Source: Thermoplasmata archaeon
Lineage (GTDB): Archaea; Thermoplasmatota; Thermoplasmata; Sysuiplasmatales; Sysuiplasmataceae
Assembly (NCBI GenBank): GCA_021811925.1
Contig: JAKAPY010000002.1
Location: 1-36,966 of the forward strand
Reading direction: 5' to 3'
DNA length: 36,966 nucleotides
Shown: positions 1-8,889 of the stretch, one piece after another
Layout: each line of letters starts with the position of its first letter
Position numbering within the stretch: the stretch's first letter is position 1
The notes under the pieces: model-generated
Seen by the model: the letters and a program-made list of their open reading frames with translations, nothing else
Database searches by the model: none
What the model was told of the DNA's origin: nothing
Program-made: the position numbers and the translations under genes

Positions 1-101
1 CAGCTGAAGGGCCGCACAGTCCCCTGTTCCTCATGAGGAATGATGAAATAGAATCGGTCAGGAAGAACATTCAGATTGCAGGACAGGTGGTGAGACAATG
101 A
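1..101 (+). CDS. 3' end of upstream gene, probably 2-oxoacid:ferredoxin oxidoreductase alpha subunit (partial)
   Basis: Frame 3 is open from the window edge (AEGPHSPLFLMRNDEIESVRKNIQIAGQVVRQ*). It stops at TGA 99-101, overlapping the next ATG (ATGA). The product is inferred only from the beta-subunit gene that follows. Confidence 0.45.
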   Translation, partial: AEGPHSPLFLMRNDEIESVRKNIQIAGQVVRQ

Positions 102-1063
102 TGTCTGGTGAGGCATACCGGACGGTAAAGGACCTGCCCACCGAAGAGTTCATGGCCCCCGGCAATCCGCTGTGTGCAGGCTGCGGTGGCCTTCTGGCCG
201 TCAGACTGTTTCACAAGGCGCTGGGAGGAAAGGTTGTCTGGGTCAATGCCGCCGGATGCATTACAATGCTGTCGGTCTATCCGTATTCACCACTTCAGTC
301 AAGCTGGCTCTATACCGCTTTCGCGAGCGCACCCGCAGGCGCCCAGGGAATAAGGGATGCCCTGGACCTGATGATTAAGAAAGGGAAGATTTCGCCGGAC
401 GAGGATTTGAAAGTCGTAGTTGTCTCGGGGGACGGGGCGGCCTACGACATTGGCCTGCAGTCCACGCTTGGAGCAGTGCAGAGGAAGCTGGACTTCTACT
501 ACCTGTGCTACGACAACGAGGCTTACGGCAACACTGGCTTCCAGATGTCCTCAGCCACACCATATGGTTCGTCATCCGCGACCACTGAACCGACGGCCTC
601 TTTCCCGGAGGGAAACACCGGGCATAAGAAGGACCTCTTCGAGGTCTGGAAGTCTCAGAAACCCGCTTATCTCGCAACAATCTCAACTGCGCAAACTGTG
701 GACTTCCTGCAGAAGGTGGAGAAATCGACCAGGATAACAGGGCCGAAGCTATTCATATCGCCAGTGGGGTGCCCGACCGGCTGGGGGTACGACCCTCAGG
801 AGACTATAAGGGTCGAGAAGCTCGGGCTGGAAACGGGGATATGGCCACTCAAGGAGTATGTTGACGGAAGGGTGAAGCACACCCATGTTCCAGGCGCGAT
901 GAAACCCGTGGAGCAGTACCTCGAGACACAGGCAAGGTTCAAACACCTCTTCAAGCCGGAGAAGAGGGACGAAGTGATATCCAGAATACAGGAAGATGTC
1001 AACAACTACTGGACGATGGCATCGAGGGCCGAAGGCTTCCATGTGAGGCTGATCGGCACCTGA
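98..1063 (+). CDS. porB: 2-oxoacid (pyruvate-type):ferredoxin oxidoreductase beta subunit, TPP-binding
   Basis: 321-aa ORF with GNPLCAGCGG near the N-terminus and the TPP motif SGDGAAYDIGLQS...NEAYGNTG. Substrate specificity (por/vor/kor) cannot be resolved by eye. Confidence 0.85.
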   Translation: MMSGEAYRTVKDLPTEEFMAPGNPLCAGCGGLLAVRLFHKALGGKVVWVNAAGCITMLSVYPYSPLQSSWLYTAFASAPAGAQGIRDALDLMIKKGKISPDEDLKVVVVSGDGAAYDIGLQSTLGAVQRKLDFYYLCYDNEAYGNTGFQMSSATPYGSSSATTEPTASFPEGNTGHKKDLFEVWKSQKPAYLATISTAQTVDFLQKVEKSTRITGPKLFISPVGCPTGWGYDPQETIRVEKLGLETGIWPLKEYVDGRVKHTHVPGAMKPVEQYLETQARFKHLFKPEKRDEVISRIQEDVNNYWTMASRAEGFHVRLIGT

Positions 1064-1124
1064 TGATTCGGCAATTCACTGAATAACAAGCTGAAGCGGG
1101 CCATTGCAGGCATGGACCACTGGT

Positions 1125-1925
1125 TCAGCGGACCGGAAGGTTCTTTCTGTAATGCAACTCCAACCCTAATCTCTGGAAGCCTGCCCTGACCAGTATTGGC
1201 GTAGATGTCGTTTCCCTCGCAGTCACAACTGCATACCTTGTGCCGAGCCTGTATCCCTCTGTGCACCTGGCGATGACAAGTGAACCGTACAATCCCCTTT
1301 TCCTGTAGTCGGGATGAGTTCCGGCACCCCAGAGCTTGAGTATGTTTCCTTCAACGGTGGCGCCTCCGCTGCACACCGTCCTTCCACCCACTTTTCCAAA
1401 AATTGTCATGTTTGCCTCGTCCCCGGACTCACGCAAAAGCTCTTCCGCCCTTCCCAGGATTTCATCGCCTGTAAAGGGTGCTTCGTTGAAGGCCCCCTCG
1501 CTCACTCTTAGCGACTGCACAGCGTCCTCAATCGTCCTCACTTTTCCGACTTCGGCGTCTGCGGCTGTTCTCAGCCCGGGTAGACGGGGTGTCCGCCCCT
1601 CACCCATGTCGAAGCAAAGGTACTCGAGCCTGTCTGAAAGGCTGTAATCCCTTCTCTGAAGCCATTCACCCATGTCCCGCGGTCCGCTTCCGGGCTTGCA
1701 CTGCCATGTGAGGGTGCGTCTGCCCTCCTTCCTGACGAGCGCCTCCACCTCGTCAATCAGCCTGCCAGCGTCATCGGCGTTGAACCTGTCGACGATATTC
1801 CTTTCGGGAGAATTTTTCCAGAGTGAGAGCCTGTAGCGTTCATTTTCGAGAACAATGGAACCATGCGGAACCCAGTACCATGAGGCTATGACGTTTGCAA
1901 GCTCCTCCTTGCTCATTTCAGTCAA
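1125..1925 (-). CDS. GNAT-family N-acetyltransferase
   Basis: 266-aa ORF. The C-terminal half has an acetyl-CoA-binding-type motif: THPDYRKRGLYGSLVIARCTEGYRLG...ILVRAGFQRLG. Confidence 0.7.
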   Translation of the reverse strand: MTEMSKEELANVIASWYWVPHGSIVLENERYRLSLWKNSPERNIVDRFNADDAGRLIDEVEALVRKEGRRTLTWQCKPGSGPRDMGEWLQRRDYSLSDRLEYLCFDMGEGRTPRLPGLRTAADAEVGKVRTIEDAVQSLRVSEGAFNEAPFTGDEILGRAEELLRESGDEANMTIFGKVGGRTVCSGGATVEGNILKLWGAGTHPDYRKRGLYGSLVIARCTEGYRLGTRYAVVTARETTSTPILVRAGFQRLGLELHYRKNLPVR

Positions 1926-2001
1926 AAGTATTCCCTGCTGGTTTGTAGAGGCACGGCTGGGTCGTGCCTCGGGAAGAGTTTTTCAGGAAGCGGCCAGGCG
2001 C

Positions 2002-2307
2002 TCAGCCAAAGAGTGCCCCAAGACCGGCTGCAGCTTCTTCTTCGGAAACAGCTTCTTCCTTCTTTTCTTCCTTTTTCTTATCTTCTTTCTTCTCGGCTGG
2101 CGCTGCTGCCTGCGGTGCTGGTGCTGCCATCATGGCCGCACTTGCAATCGCTTCCTCTATGTTGACGCCGCTGAGGGAAGCCGTAAGAGCCTTTATTCTT
2201 GCCTGATCGGGCTCTAATCCGGCCGCCTTGATGACGTTCGCAACACTCTCGTCGTTTATCTCCTTGCCAGCGCTGTGCAGCAGCAAAGCACTGTATATGT
2301 ACTCCAT
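2002..2307 (-). CDS. rpl12: 50S ribosomal stalk protein P1 (L12)
   Basis: [22 protein letters not shown]... N-terminus, an Ala/Pro hinge, a KKEEKKEE acidic tail and a GLGALFG end. It is the last gene of the L1-L10-L12 block. Confidence 0.95.
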   Translation of the reverse strand: MEYIYSALLLHSAGKEINDESVANVIKAAGLEPDQARIKALTASLSGVNIEEAIASAAMMAAPAPQAAAPAEKKEDKKKEEKKEEAVSEEEAAAGLGALFG

Positions 2308-2337
2308 TACTATACCTCCGTTTTTCCGTTTGATATT

Positions 2338-3192
2338 TCAGGCATCCCCTGTCTTCTTCTTGAGCGCGGATGCCTGTGCAGTTGCCTTTGAAAGGAGCAG
2401 TTTCACCGTCTCCTTCGTCGGTATTTCTGCGTACACGCTCAGGTTGACTGCGTTCTTGTGCGCGTCTCCAAGCAGGTATCTCACGCTTAATGGCGTGAAG
2501 TATCTGCTCTTGACTGCAAGCGATAGAGCCTGCCGGGAAGCGTTGGCCAGGTCTGACAGCATTTTGGCGTCGTCGACATGAAGCACTTCCTTCCTGAACA
2601 GCAGCCCTTTTTCGAACATTGCCTTGACTTCGAGTCCGGCAACCAGAGGGAATATCTCCATTCTTGTCAGTGCGGATGCGATCGCTGGAGCAATCACGTC
2701 CCCTTTCTTGACAAGCAGCTTGTCCTTCTTGATTACAACCTTGCCGCCCTCGATGCTCGCCGGCAGTCCCGCCTTCTGCAGCTCGCCGACAATCGGTCCG
2801 GGCTTGAACGAGGTCTCGCCTGCCTTGATTTCTATATCCTCGGGGGATATCTCGCCGCCCTTGGCTGCCAGGCGGGTCTTGTTCTTTTCAAGTGTCCTGT
2901 AGAGGGCGAAGGGATTCTGGTTTGAGCATATGAGCGCCGTCTGGTCGTGTGAAACAAGTTCTTCAAGCTGGCCCAGACCCTGGACGTCCTTTCCGACCTG
3001 GTCCAGTGCCATCTTGATAAGCTTGCCCCTCGACACGTGTATCTGTGCCACACCGCTCAGTTTCTTTCGAATCTGCTGGAACTGGGCTGCCGGGAGTCCC
3101 CTGATGCTTACTACTCCAACAACCTTCGAAGTCCTCAAGCTGTCAGCCAGCACTTTCAAGTTTTCCGTTTTCCAACTTCTTGAGTGAGCCAT
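2338..3192 (-). CDS. rpl10: 50S ribosomal protein P0 (L10)
   Basis: The ORF lies between L1 and L12. The track ORF starts at GTG 3201, directly abutting the L1 stop; ATG at 3192 (MAHSRSWKTENLK...) is preferred. Length and position are typical of archaeal P0. Confidence 0.9.
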   Translation of the reverse strand: MAHSRSWKTENLKVLADSLRTSKVVGVVSIRGLPAAQFQQIRKKLSGVAQIHVSRGKLIKMALDQVGKDVQGLGQLEELVSHDQTALICSNQNPFALYRTLEKNKTRLAAKGGEISPEDIEIKAGETSFKPGPIVGELQKAGLPASIEGGKVVIKKDKLLVKKGDVIAPAIASALTRMEIFPLVAGLEVKAMFEKGLLFRKEVLHVDDAKMLSDLANASRQALSLAVKSRYFTPLSVRYLLGDAHKNAVNLSVYAEIPTKETVKLLLSKATAQASALKKKTGDA

Positions 3193-3201
3193 TGACAGCA
3201 C

Positions 3202-3840
3202 CTACATGATCCTAACTGCGGGACCCATTGTCGTCTTGACATAGGCCGATTCGAGGTTTATCCTTCCCTTCTCCAGCCTTCCGATTACCCTGTTCAGAAC
3301 AGTATCAATGTTATCTGCCAGATCTTCAGGGTTCATAGACCTGGTGCCTACATGAGCCTGAAATGTCTTCTTCTCCTTGGTTCTCACAGAAGTTGTTCTC
3401 TTGAGGGTGTTAATTATGGGCGCCGGGTCGGAACCAGGCTGTATCGCCTTCGGCATTTTTCCCCTCGGACCCAGAACAACTCCCATTTTTCTTCCGATTG
3501 TTGCCATCAGCGGGGCTTCGGCTATGAAATAGTCATATTGCCTTGCCAGGCGCTTCGCATTCTTCTTGTCATCCATGTATTTGTTGAACTCATCCGGCGA
3601 GATGACAAGATCTGCAGCCGTCCGTGCCTTGATCGCCATTTCCCCCCCGCCGAACAGGCAGACCTTGATGGCCTTGCCTCTTCCCTTGGGGAGTATGATG
3701 TCCTCCTGTATCCTGTTCTTCGGAACAGACAGGTCCACATCCTTCAGGTTGATGGCAACTTCAACGCTTTCCTCAAATTTCCTCTGAGGGGCTGTTGTGA
3801 TTGCCTTCTTGACAGCTTCTACGGTTTCCTTGTTTGCCAA
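3202..3840 (-). CDS. rpl1: 50S ribosomal protein L1
   Basis: The conserved start region ...ETVEAVKKAITTAPQRKFEESVEVAINLKDVDL is present. I prefer TTG 3840 over the ORF-track ATG 3900, because a TATA-like CTTTAAAT at 3922-3915 would put the transcript start downstream of 3900. The stop is TAG. Confidence 0.85.
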   Translation of the reverse strand: MANKETVEAVKKAITTAPQRKFEESVEVAINLKDVDLSVPKNRIQEDIILPKGRGKAIKVCLFGGGEMAIKARTAADLVISPDEFNKYMDDKKNAKRLARQYDYFIAEAPLMATIGRKMGVVLGPRGKMPKAIQPGSDPAPIINTLKRTTSVRTKEKKTFQAHVGTRSMNPEDLADNIDTVLNRVIGRLEKGRINLESAYVKTTMGPAVRIM

Positions 3841-3914
3841 ATAATCATCCTCTTGTAGTGCAGCGAACCTACCCGGTTCTCCTACAACGGCAAACCACAC
3901 TTAATGCGACCAAG

Positions 3915-3922
3915 ATTTAAAG
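3915..3922 (-). promoter_or_regulatory. TATA-like box for the rpl1-rpl10-rpl12 unit
   Basis: The minus strand reads CTTTAAAT in the 180-nt L11-L1 spacer, ~75-80 nt upstream of TTG 3840. Confidence 0.35.
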
Positions 3923-4022
3923 TTTTGCCCGCCACCCGTCAGTTGCCATTGCCTTATGTTGTGCCACGGCCCATGTTTTGCACTTGGACCTGGATGCCCA
4001 AAATTGCGTGGAGTGCCCGCTT

Positions 4023-4496
4023 TCACTTCAGCTTGTTGTCCCAGGTGCCCTTGTTGATTTCCTCAATAACCGCTTTGGGCTCCTTGCCCTCCACCGTTAC
4101 ACCTACAGACACGCACGTGCCAACGACTTCCTTTGCTCTTGTCTTCACGGTTGCACCCAGGGAGGCCTCCTTCTTCATGTCGGCTATCTTGAGAACCTGT
4201 ACCATTGACAGGTTGCCGGCCTTCGTGCTTTTGGGATTTCCAGATCCCTTCTCCACTCCAAGCTCCTTCAGTATCAGGGCGGTAGTGGGCGGCGTTCCGA
4301 CAAGTATGTTGAACGTCTTATCCGCGTTTACCTCGATAGTAACCGGGACCTTCATCCCGGAAAACTGCCTGGTTTTTTCATTTATTTCCTGCACGATCTT
4401 CGCAACGTTGACACCCAAGGGCCCCAGTGCAGGTCCGAGCGGGTTTCCGGGTGTTGCCTTTCCAGCATCAATGAGTGCATTTATCCTGTCAGCCAT
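4023..4496 (-). CDS. rpl11: 50S ribosomal protein L11
   Basis: 157-aa ORF containing ...ATPGNPLGPALGPLGVNVAKIVQEINEKT... and ...GTPPTTALILKELG..., the classic L11 motifs. Confidence 0.95.
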   Translation of the reverse strand: MADRINALIDAGKATPGNPLGPALGPLGVNVAKIVQEINEKTRQFSGMKVPVTIEVNADKTFNILVGTPPTTALILKELGVEKGSGNPKSTKAGNLSMVQVLKIADMKKEASLGATVKTRAKEVVGTCVSVGVTVEGKEPKAVIEEINKGTWDNKLK

Positions 4497-4524
4497 CAGT
4501 CATCACCATCTCTTGTGAATCAAT

Positions 4525-5451
4525 TCACTTATCCTTCTCAATAACTCTGACATGGTCCCCTCTGACCGTCACCGGTATGGGGACAACCGCCTCGAATAAC
4601 TCGACCGTTATTTCCTCTTTGCCGTGATCAATGCGCTGAACACGTGCCTTTTCACCCTTGAACGGTCCGGACACGAGCTCCACAATATCGCCTTCGACAA
4701 TTCCACTGACCGTTGGCTTGGGGGTAAGGAAATGGCTTACCTCGTCAAGCGAAGTTTCGCCCTTGACGAGGCCGTGTGTCTTCCTTATCCCGCGGACAGC
4801 GTTCTCTATCTTGTCGCTGTTCATGGCCTCGATAAGCACGTAACCCCTTATTGTGGATGGGAGAAGAATTGAATATATGCCGAGCTGGCCGTCCTTAGCC
4901 CTTGCGCCAATGGAGTCGGCAACCTCTCTTTCCTGGCCTATCGCTGTCTTCACAGCAAGTATGGATGGCCTGACGGCAACCTTGAACCTGGGAGTCTGCG
5001 TGGCGACCTTCGATGAAATGGAAACGCCGACTTCCGTTGCATCCCCAAATGATGCACCTGGCGCAACCGATACGTCCACTGTGACCCAGTGATCGCCCGT
5101 GCTGAGGTTTGCATCAAATTCAGCGGGAAGGCTTGTGTAGCTGTCCCATTTGACCACGCCGTCAAGGTATACCTTCACCTGCCAGTCTGGCGACCCCTCA
5201 ACCTCGGTTATGAGTCTTGGTTCAGCCTTGAAATGAAATGAACTGTCACTTTCCACCTTGATTTTGGCGCTGAACTCTGCATTTCCGCCAACCGGGACGA
5301 TTGCCTCCTTCTCACCAGGCACTTCCATCATGAACGACTTTATACCCTGCCCCGGCGAGACGCTGCTTCCAGTTTCATAGGATGACACTTTCAAAGACCC
5401 CCAGAGGTTCAACCGAATATTCCCGAACTGATTGACGGGAAGTATGTCCAT
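4525..5451 (-). CDS. spt5: Transcription elongation factor Spt5 (NusG) with an in-frame N-terminal extension of ~120-160 aa
   Basis: The C-terminal ~150 aa hold the NGN domain (ILAVKTAIGQEREVADSI...GYVLIEA) and the KOW domain (GDIVELVSGPFKGEKARVQRID). The upstream 160 codons are open in the same frame. Alternative starts are ATG 5331 and 5328; the start at 5451 overlaps secE by 43 nt. Confidence 0.85.
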   Translation of the reverse strand: MDILPVNQFGNIRLNLWGSLKVSSYETGSSVSPGQGIKSFMMEVPGEKEAIVPVGGNAEFSAKIKVESDSSFHFKAEPRLITEVEGSPDWQVKVYLDGVVKWDSYTSLPAEFDANLSTGDHWVTVDVSVAPGASFGDATEVGVSISSKVATQTPRFKVAVRPSILAVKTAIGQEREVADSIGARAKDGQLGIYSILLPSTIRGYVLIEAMNSDKIENAVRGIRKTHGLVKGETSLDEVSHFLTPKPTVSGIVEGDIVELVSGPFKGEKARVQRIDHGKEEITVELFEAVVPIPVTVRGDHVRVIEKDK

Positions 5452-5669
5452 ACAAGGTAAAGGAGAAAGCCAAGTCCTCCGATGAGGAACAGGCCAAGAG
5501 CGACCATCTTCACTACCCTGACATACTCATCCATGGTTGGCTTTCTGGCCATTTTGAATATTCTTCCATACTTTCCCTTACCGATATTTCTGAACCGTTC
5601 CTCAAGCTTCCGCTGGGCCTGGTAGGTCGTCTCGGTAAAGTCGAAGTTGGTTATCGAATTGCTCATCAC
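5409..5669 (-). CDS. secE: Preprotein translocase subunit SecE (Sec61 gamma)
   Basis: Small ORF immediately upstream of spt5, with KPTMDEYVRVVKMVALGLFLIGGLGFLLYLV forming a single C-terminal TM helix. Confidence 0.85.
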   Translation of the reverse strand: MMSNSITNFDFTETTYQAQRKLEERFRNIGKGKYGRIFKMARKPTMDEYVRVVKMVALGLFLIGGLGFLLYLVWTYFPSISSGIFG

Positions 5670-5840
5670 ACGTTACCTTCTTCACGATGCGCTTTGCTGT
5701 GGGCGCATTCGCTGTAAACTGGAGTCAATTCGGTCTACTACTTAATATTTCTTTGCAATGCCGGGTTTTGAGAGTGCCTTTGACCTCTGAGAAGTCACTG
5801 CGCCTGCCAGCTCGGGGACCAGTCTGGCCGCTTGCCTGTA

Positions 5841-6950
5841 TCACCTTATGAAGTCCATGTCGAGGGACTTTGTCTCGACATTGTCTGCCGGACCAAGGAT
5901 GTGCTTGGACTTGACTCCTGTGAGAACAACCATGACTCTTACCTTCTTCTCCATGGCCGGGTCGATGGCGGCACCCCATATCAGTCTGGCCGAAGGGCTG
6001 ATCTTTGTCTGGATCATCTCGGCAACCTTTTCCGCCTCGCTTACAGTCATGTCCTGGCCTCCCACGACATTGACAAGGGCGCCGTTTGCTCCCGATATGT
6101 CCACATCAATCAGCGGAGAATTTATTGCCTCCATGACAGCGTCGCTGGCCCTTTCCTCGCCTTCGCCCTCACCAAGGCCAATCATGGCGACTCCCCCGCC
6201 CTTCATTATAGTCTTGAGATCGTTGAAGTCCAAGTTGACCAGGCCGGGCTTGGTAATAACCTCGGTTATTCCCTTGATGCTCCTGACAAGCACTTCGTCC
6301 GCAACCTTGAATGCGGCATTGAGGGACAGCCTCGGCACCAGTTCGAGCAGTTTGTCATTAGGTATTACAATGACCGTGTCGGCCACATTCCTCAGCCTCT
6401 CCAGTCCCCATTCGGCGTTCTCGGCCCTTATTGCGCCCTCGGCTTTGAATGGTGAAGTGCAAATGGCGATTGTGAGCGAACCCATTTCCTTGGCCAGCTG
6501 TGAAACAAAAGGAGCCGCGCCTGTGCCTGTGCCGCCGCCAAGTCCTGCGGTGACAAAAACAATATCCGCTCCCTGAATTGACTTCCTGAGGTCGTCCTCG
6601 GCTTCTCTGGCAGCTTCCTCCCCAACCTGTGGCAGAGCGCCTGCGCCGAGCCCTCGCGTGCTTCTCCTGCCGAGCAGTATCTTGTGGGGTGCCCTGACAA
6701 TAAGGAGGTGCTGTGCATCCGTGTTGGCAGCATACATTTCTGCCCCCGTTATGCCTGTTTCGACCAGCCTGTCTATCGTGTTTGTTCCGCCGCCGCCACA
6801 ACCGACGATCTTTATGTTTGTCTTCAGCCCGGAAAGAATCTTTATTAACTCGTCGTCTTCCGCGCTGTACCCGTCCCCTGCCAGTTCAGGCTCCTCTGAG
6901 CCTTCATCCTGTGACACTCTCGATATTGCATCATTCACTAACGATTTCAT
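5841..6950 (-). CDS. ftsZ: Cell division protein FtsZ (FtsZ1-type)
   Basis: Carries [13 protein letters not shown], the tubulin signature [12 protein letters not shown], and NVVGG...VSEA. I prefer ATG 6950 ([10 protein letters not shown]), which has GAGGT 9 nt upstream, over the ORF-track start at 6980. Confidence 0.93.
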   Translation of the reverse strand: MKSLVNDAISRVSQDEGSEEPELAGDGYSAEDDELIKILSGLKTNIKIVGCGGGGTNTIDRLVETGITGAEMYAANTDAQHLLIVRAPHKILLGRRSTRGLGAGALPQVGEEAAREAEDDLRKSIQGADIVFVTAGLGGGTGTGAAPFVSQLAKEMGSLTIAICTSPFKAEGAIRAENAEWGLERLRNVADTVIVIPNDKLLELVPRLSLNAAFKVADEVLVRSIKGITEVITKPGLVNLDFNDLKTIMKGGGVAMIGLGEGEGEERASDAVMEAINSPLIDVDISGANGALVNVVGGQDMTVSEAEKVAEMIQTKISPSARLIWGAAIDPAMEKKVRVMVVLTGVKSKHILGPADNVETKSLDMDFIR

Positions 6951-7194
6951 AAGGCCGACCTCGCATCCCACCCATCCCAAGGATCAGGAATTATAGGTAT
7001 TGTACAGGTCTATCGTTTTGAAACATTAATAAGTTTCCATAGGCGATCGCATCGTCCCCGACTCTCGAATCGTGTCTCACACCCCTTCCATGCTTTCGGG
7101 TGCCAAGGGTCGAATCACCGTTCACTTTCGGAGGCGGCTGCTGACAGCGCAGGAAGCAGTTTTAACAACACGATGCGATTCGCAGGCGTTGTAG

Positions 7195-7917
7195 ATGCCT
7201 AAGTTCAGAGTAATCCTTGTTAGGCCCGAGGTGGAAGGCAACATAGGTGCCGTGGCAAGATCGATGGCGAATTTCGGTTTCGATGAATTGTACATGGTCT
7301 CACCTGTGGGAATAGGCGTCGAAGCGCGCAACAGGGCGAAGCATGGCAACTTCATCCTCGACGGCGCCGTCCTGACGAATTCACTGGAGGACGCCCTGGA
7401 AGGCTGCGACCTTGCCATCGGAACAACAGGAATAAGGAATATCGGAGAAAAGAAATTTCTCAGGAATTTTGAGACGCCAAGGGAGTTTGCTGAAAGGGTC
7501 TCCGGAACAAGGAGGAAATACGCACTGGTTTTTGGGCCGGAAGGCCTGGGACTTTTCAACGAGGAACTCGCGAGATGCGACGCGCTGGTAAGCATTCCAA
7601 GCTCCCCAGAATACCCCGTGCTCAACCTGTCCCATGCAGTTACAGTTGTACTGTATGAACTCTTCCTGACAGGCTATGTTAAAGACTCGGTCAAGCTCTC
7701 TGTCGCATATGAAAAGGAGAAACTGAACAATCATTACTCAAGCCTGCTGGACGAGATATCCTACCCCGAGCACAAGAAGGAGAAGGCAAGGCTGATGTTC
7801 CGGCGGCTGGTTGGCAGGTCCGGCCTGTCAAAGTGGGAGTTTTTCATCATGATGGGTGTGATCACGAGAACACTCTACTCGCTGAGGCATTCCGGCGGAA
7901 AATACGCAAAGAAGTGA
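7195..7917 (+). CDS. SpoU/TrmJ-type tRNA 2'-O-methyltransferase
   Basis: Motifs VILVRPEVEGNIGAVARSMANFGFDELYMV, ALVFGPEGLGL and VSIPSSPEYPVLNLSHAVTVVLYEL match the SPOUT knot. Confidence 0.8.
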   Translation: MPKFRVILVRPEVEGNIGAVARSMANFGFDELYMVSPVGIGVEARNRAKHGNFILDGAVLTNSLEDALEGCDLAIGTTGIRNIGEKKFLRNFETPREFAERVSGTRRKYALVFGPEGLGLFNEELARCDALVSIPSSPEYPVLNLSHAVTVVLYELFLTGYVKDSVKLSVAYEKEKLNNHYSSLLDEISYPEHKKEKARLMFRRLVGRSGLSKWEFFIMMGVITRTLYSLRHSGGKYAKK

Positions 7918-8871
7918 TTACCAGGATTCCGGCCTGACGCCGGTGACTATGGCTGTCACGCTCAGCACAGCGTCGTTTCTGTCTACCTGCCTTGCTCCCA
8001 TGATTATGTGGGCCCTGTTCCCGATGAAATCTGATATGCCCTTGAGTATCCCGTGCGTCTTCTCAAGAGTAAGCGCCTCTCCTCCCGAGACATGGACGAC
8101 GGCGCCAGAAGCCCGGGCCAGGTTTGTCTGAAGCAGAGGATGCCTTGCAGCATCGTCTACGAGCGTCCGGACATCCTCGTTTTCGCTGCATATTACTGTC
8201 GATGTGCCTCCGCCCCTGAAGATTGTCCTCATGTCCGCATAATCAATATTCATCAGGGATGGTTTCAGGAGGGATCCAGACACATTTGTCACAATCTGGG
8301 AAGTAAGCGTGTCCATGACCGCAAAAGCCTGCTGCATTGTTAATTCCGGGAACTGTTTGACAAGCCTGCTGTTCTCCATTATGACGGTGCTGTCAGACTC
8401 GTGTATAAGCTCCCTCACATAATCCCTGGCCCTCTCGACCCTTCCCCTTTCAAAATCGAAGGGCATCGAAGTTATCGAGACTGCAAGTGCGCCCGCCTCC
8501 CTGGCGACAGAGGCCACTACCGGAGCCGTTCCCGTCCCGGTGCCACCTCCCATGCCCGAGAGTATGAATACAAGGCTGCTTCCGAGCAGCTCTGTTTTCA
8601 GGCGGTCGCGGCTCAGCTCGGCAGCTTTTCTTGCCAGCGCGACGTTTCCGCCCGCTCCGCGCCCGCCTGTAAATTCCCTCCCGATGAGCAGCTTCCTGTT
8701 GGCCTTTATCCTCACAAGGTGGCCGGCATCAGTATTCAGGGCTATTGTCTTCAGATTGTCTGTGCCCTCAAAGTCCAGGTTGTTCAGGGCATTGTTGCCT
8801 GCGCCGCCGCATCCCACGACTGCTACTCCAAGTCTCGGAGCAACAATCTCATCTCTTTCAGAAATGATCAT
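7918..8871 (-). CDS. ftsZ2: FtsZ paralogue (FtsZ2-type), short with no C-terminal tail
   Basis: Carries VGCGGAGNNALNNL, GGRGAGGNVALARKAAE and GMGGGTGTGTAPVVA. It is 317 aa and starts 18 nt downstream of the RHH gene. Confidence 0.88.
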   Translation of the reverse strand: MIISERDEIVAPRLGVAVVGCGGAGNNALNNLDFEGTDNLKTIALNTDAGHLVRIKANRKLLIGREFTGGRGAGGNVALARKAAELSRDRLKTELLGSSLVFILSGMGGGTGTGTAPVVASVAREAGALAVSITSMPFDFERGRVERARDYVRELIHESDSTVIMENSRLVKQFPELTMQQAFAVMDTLTSQIVTNVSGSLLKPSLMNIDYADMRTIFRGGGTSTVICSENEDVRTLVDDAARHPLLQTNLARASGAVVHVSGGEALTLEKTHGILKGISDFIGNRAHIIMGARQVDRNDAVLSVTAIVTGVRPESW

Positions 8872-8889
8872 GCTTGTTCCGCGTGCCGT

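Noticed and set aside
2035-2110. Purine/pyrimidine-skewed repetitive DNA (ttcttcttc / ctttt runs)
   Set aside because: It encodes the KKEEKKEE / Ala-Pro hinge and acidic tail of ribosomal protein P1 on the minus strand. It is not a repeat element.
3904-4518. 204-aa plus-strand ORF antisense to rpl11
   Set aside because: It shadows a highly conserved ribosomal protein gene. Its composition (Phe/Ser/Pro/Thr-rich) and lack of motifs indicate a spurious frame.
5848-6576. 242-aa plus-strand ORF (and the 207-aa ORF at 5832-6455) lying antisense to ftsZ1
   Set aside because: It lies entirely inside a gene with unmistakable FtsZ motifs. Its translation is Ser/Thr/Pro/Ala-rich low-complexity sequence, typical of antisense frames in moderately GC-rich genes. 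It has no start context.
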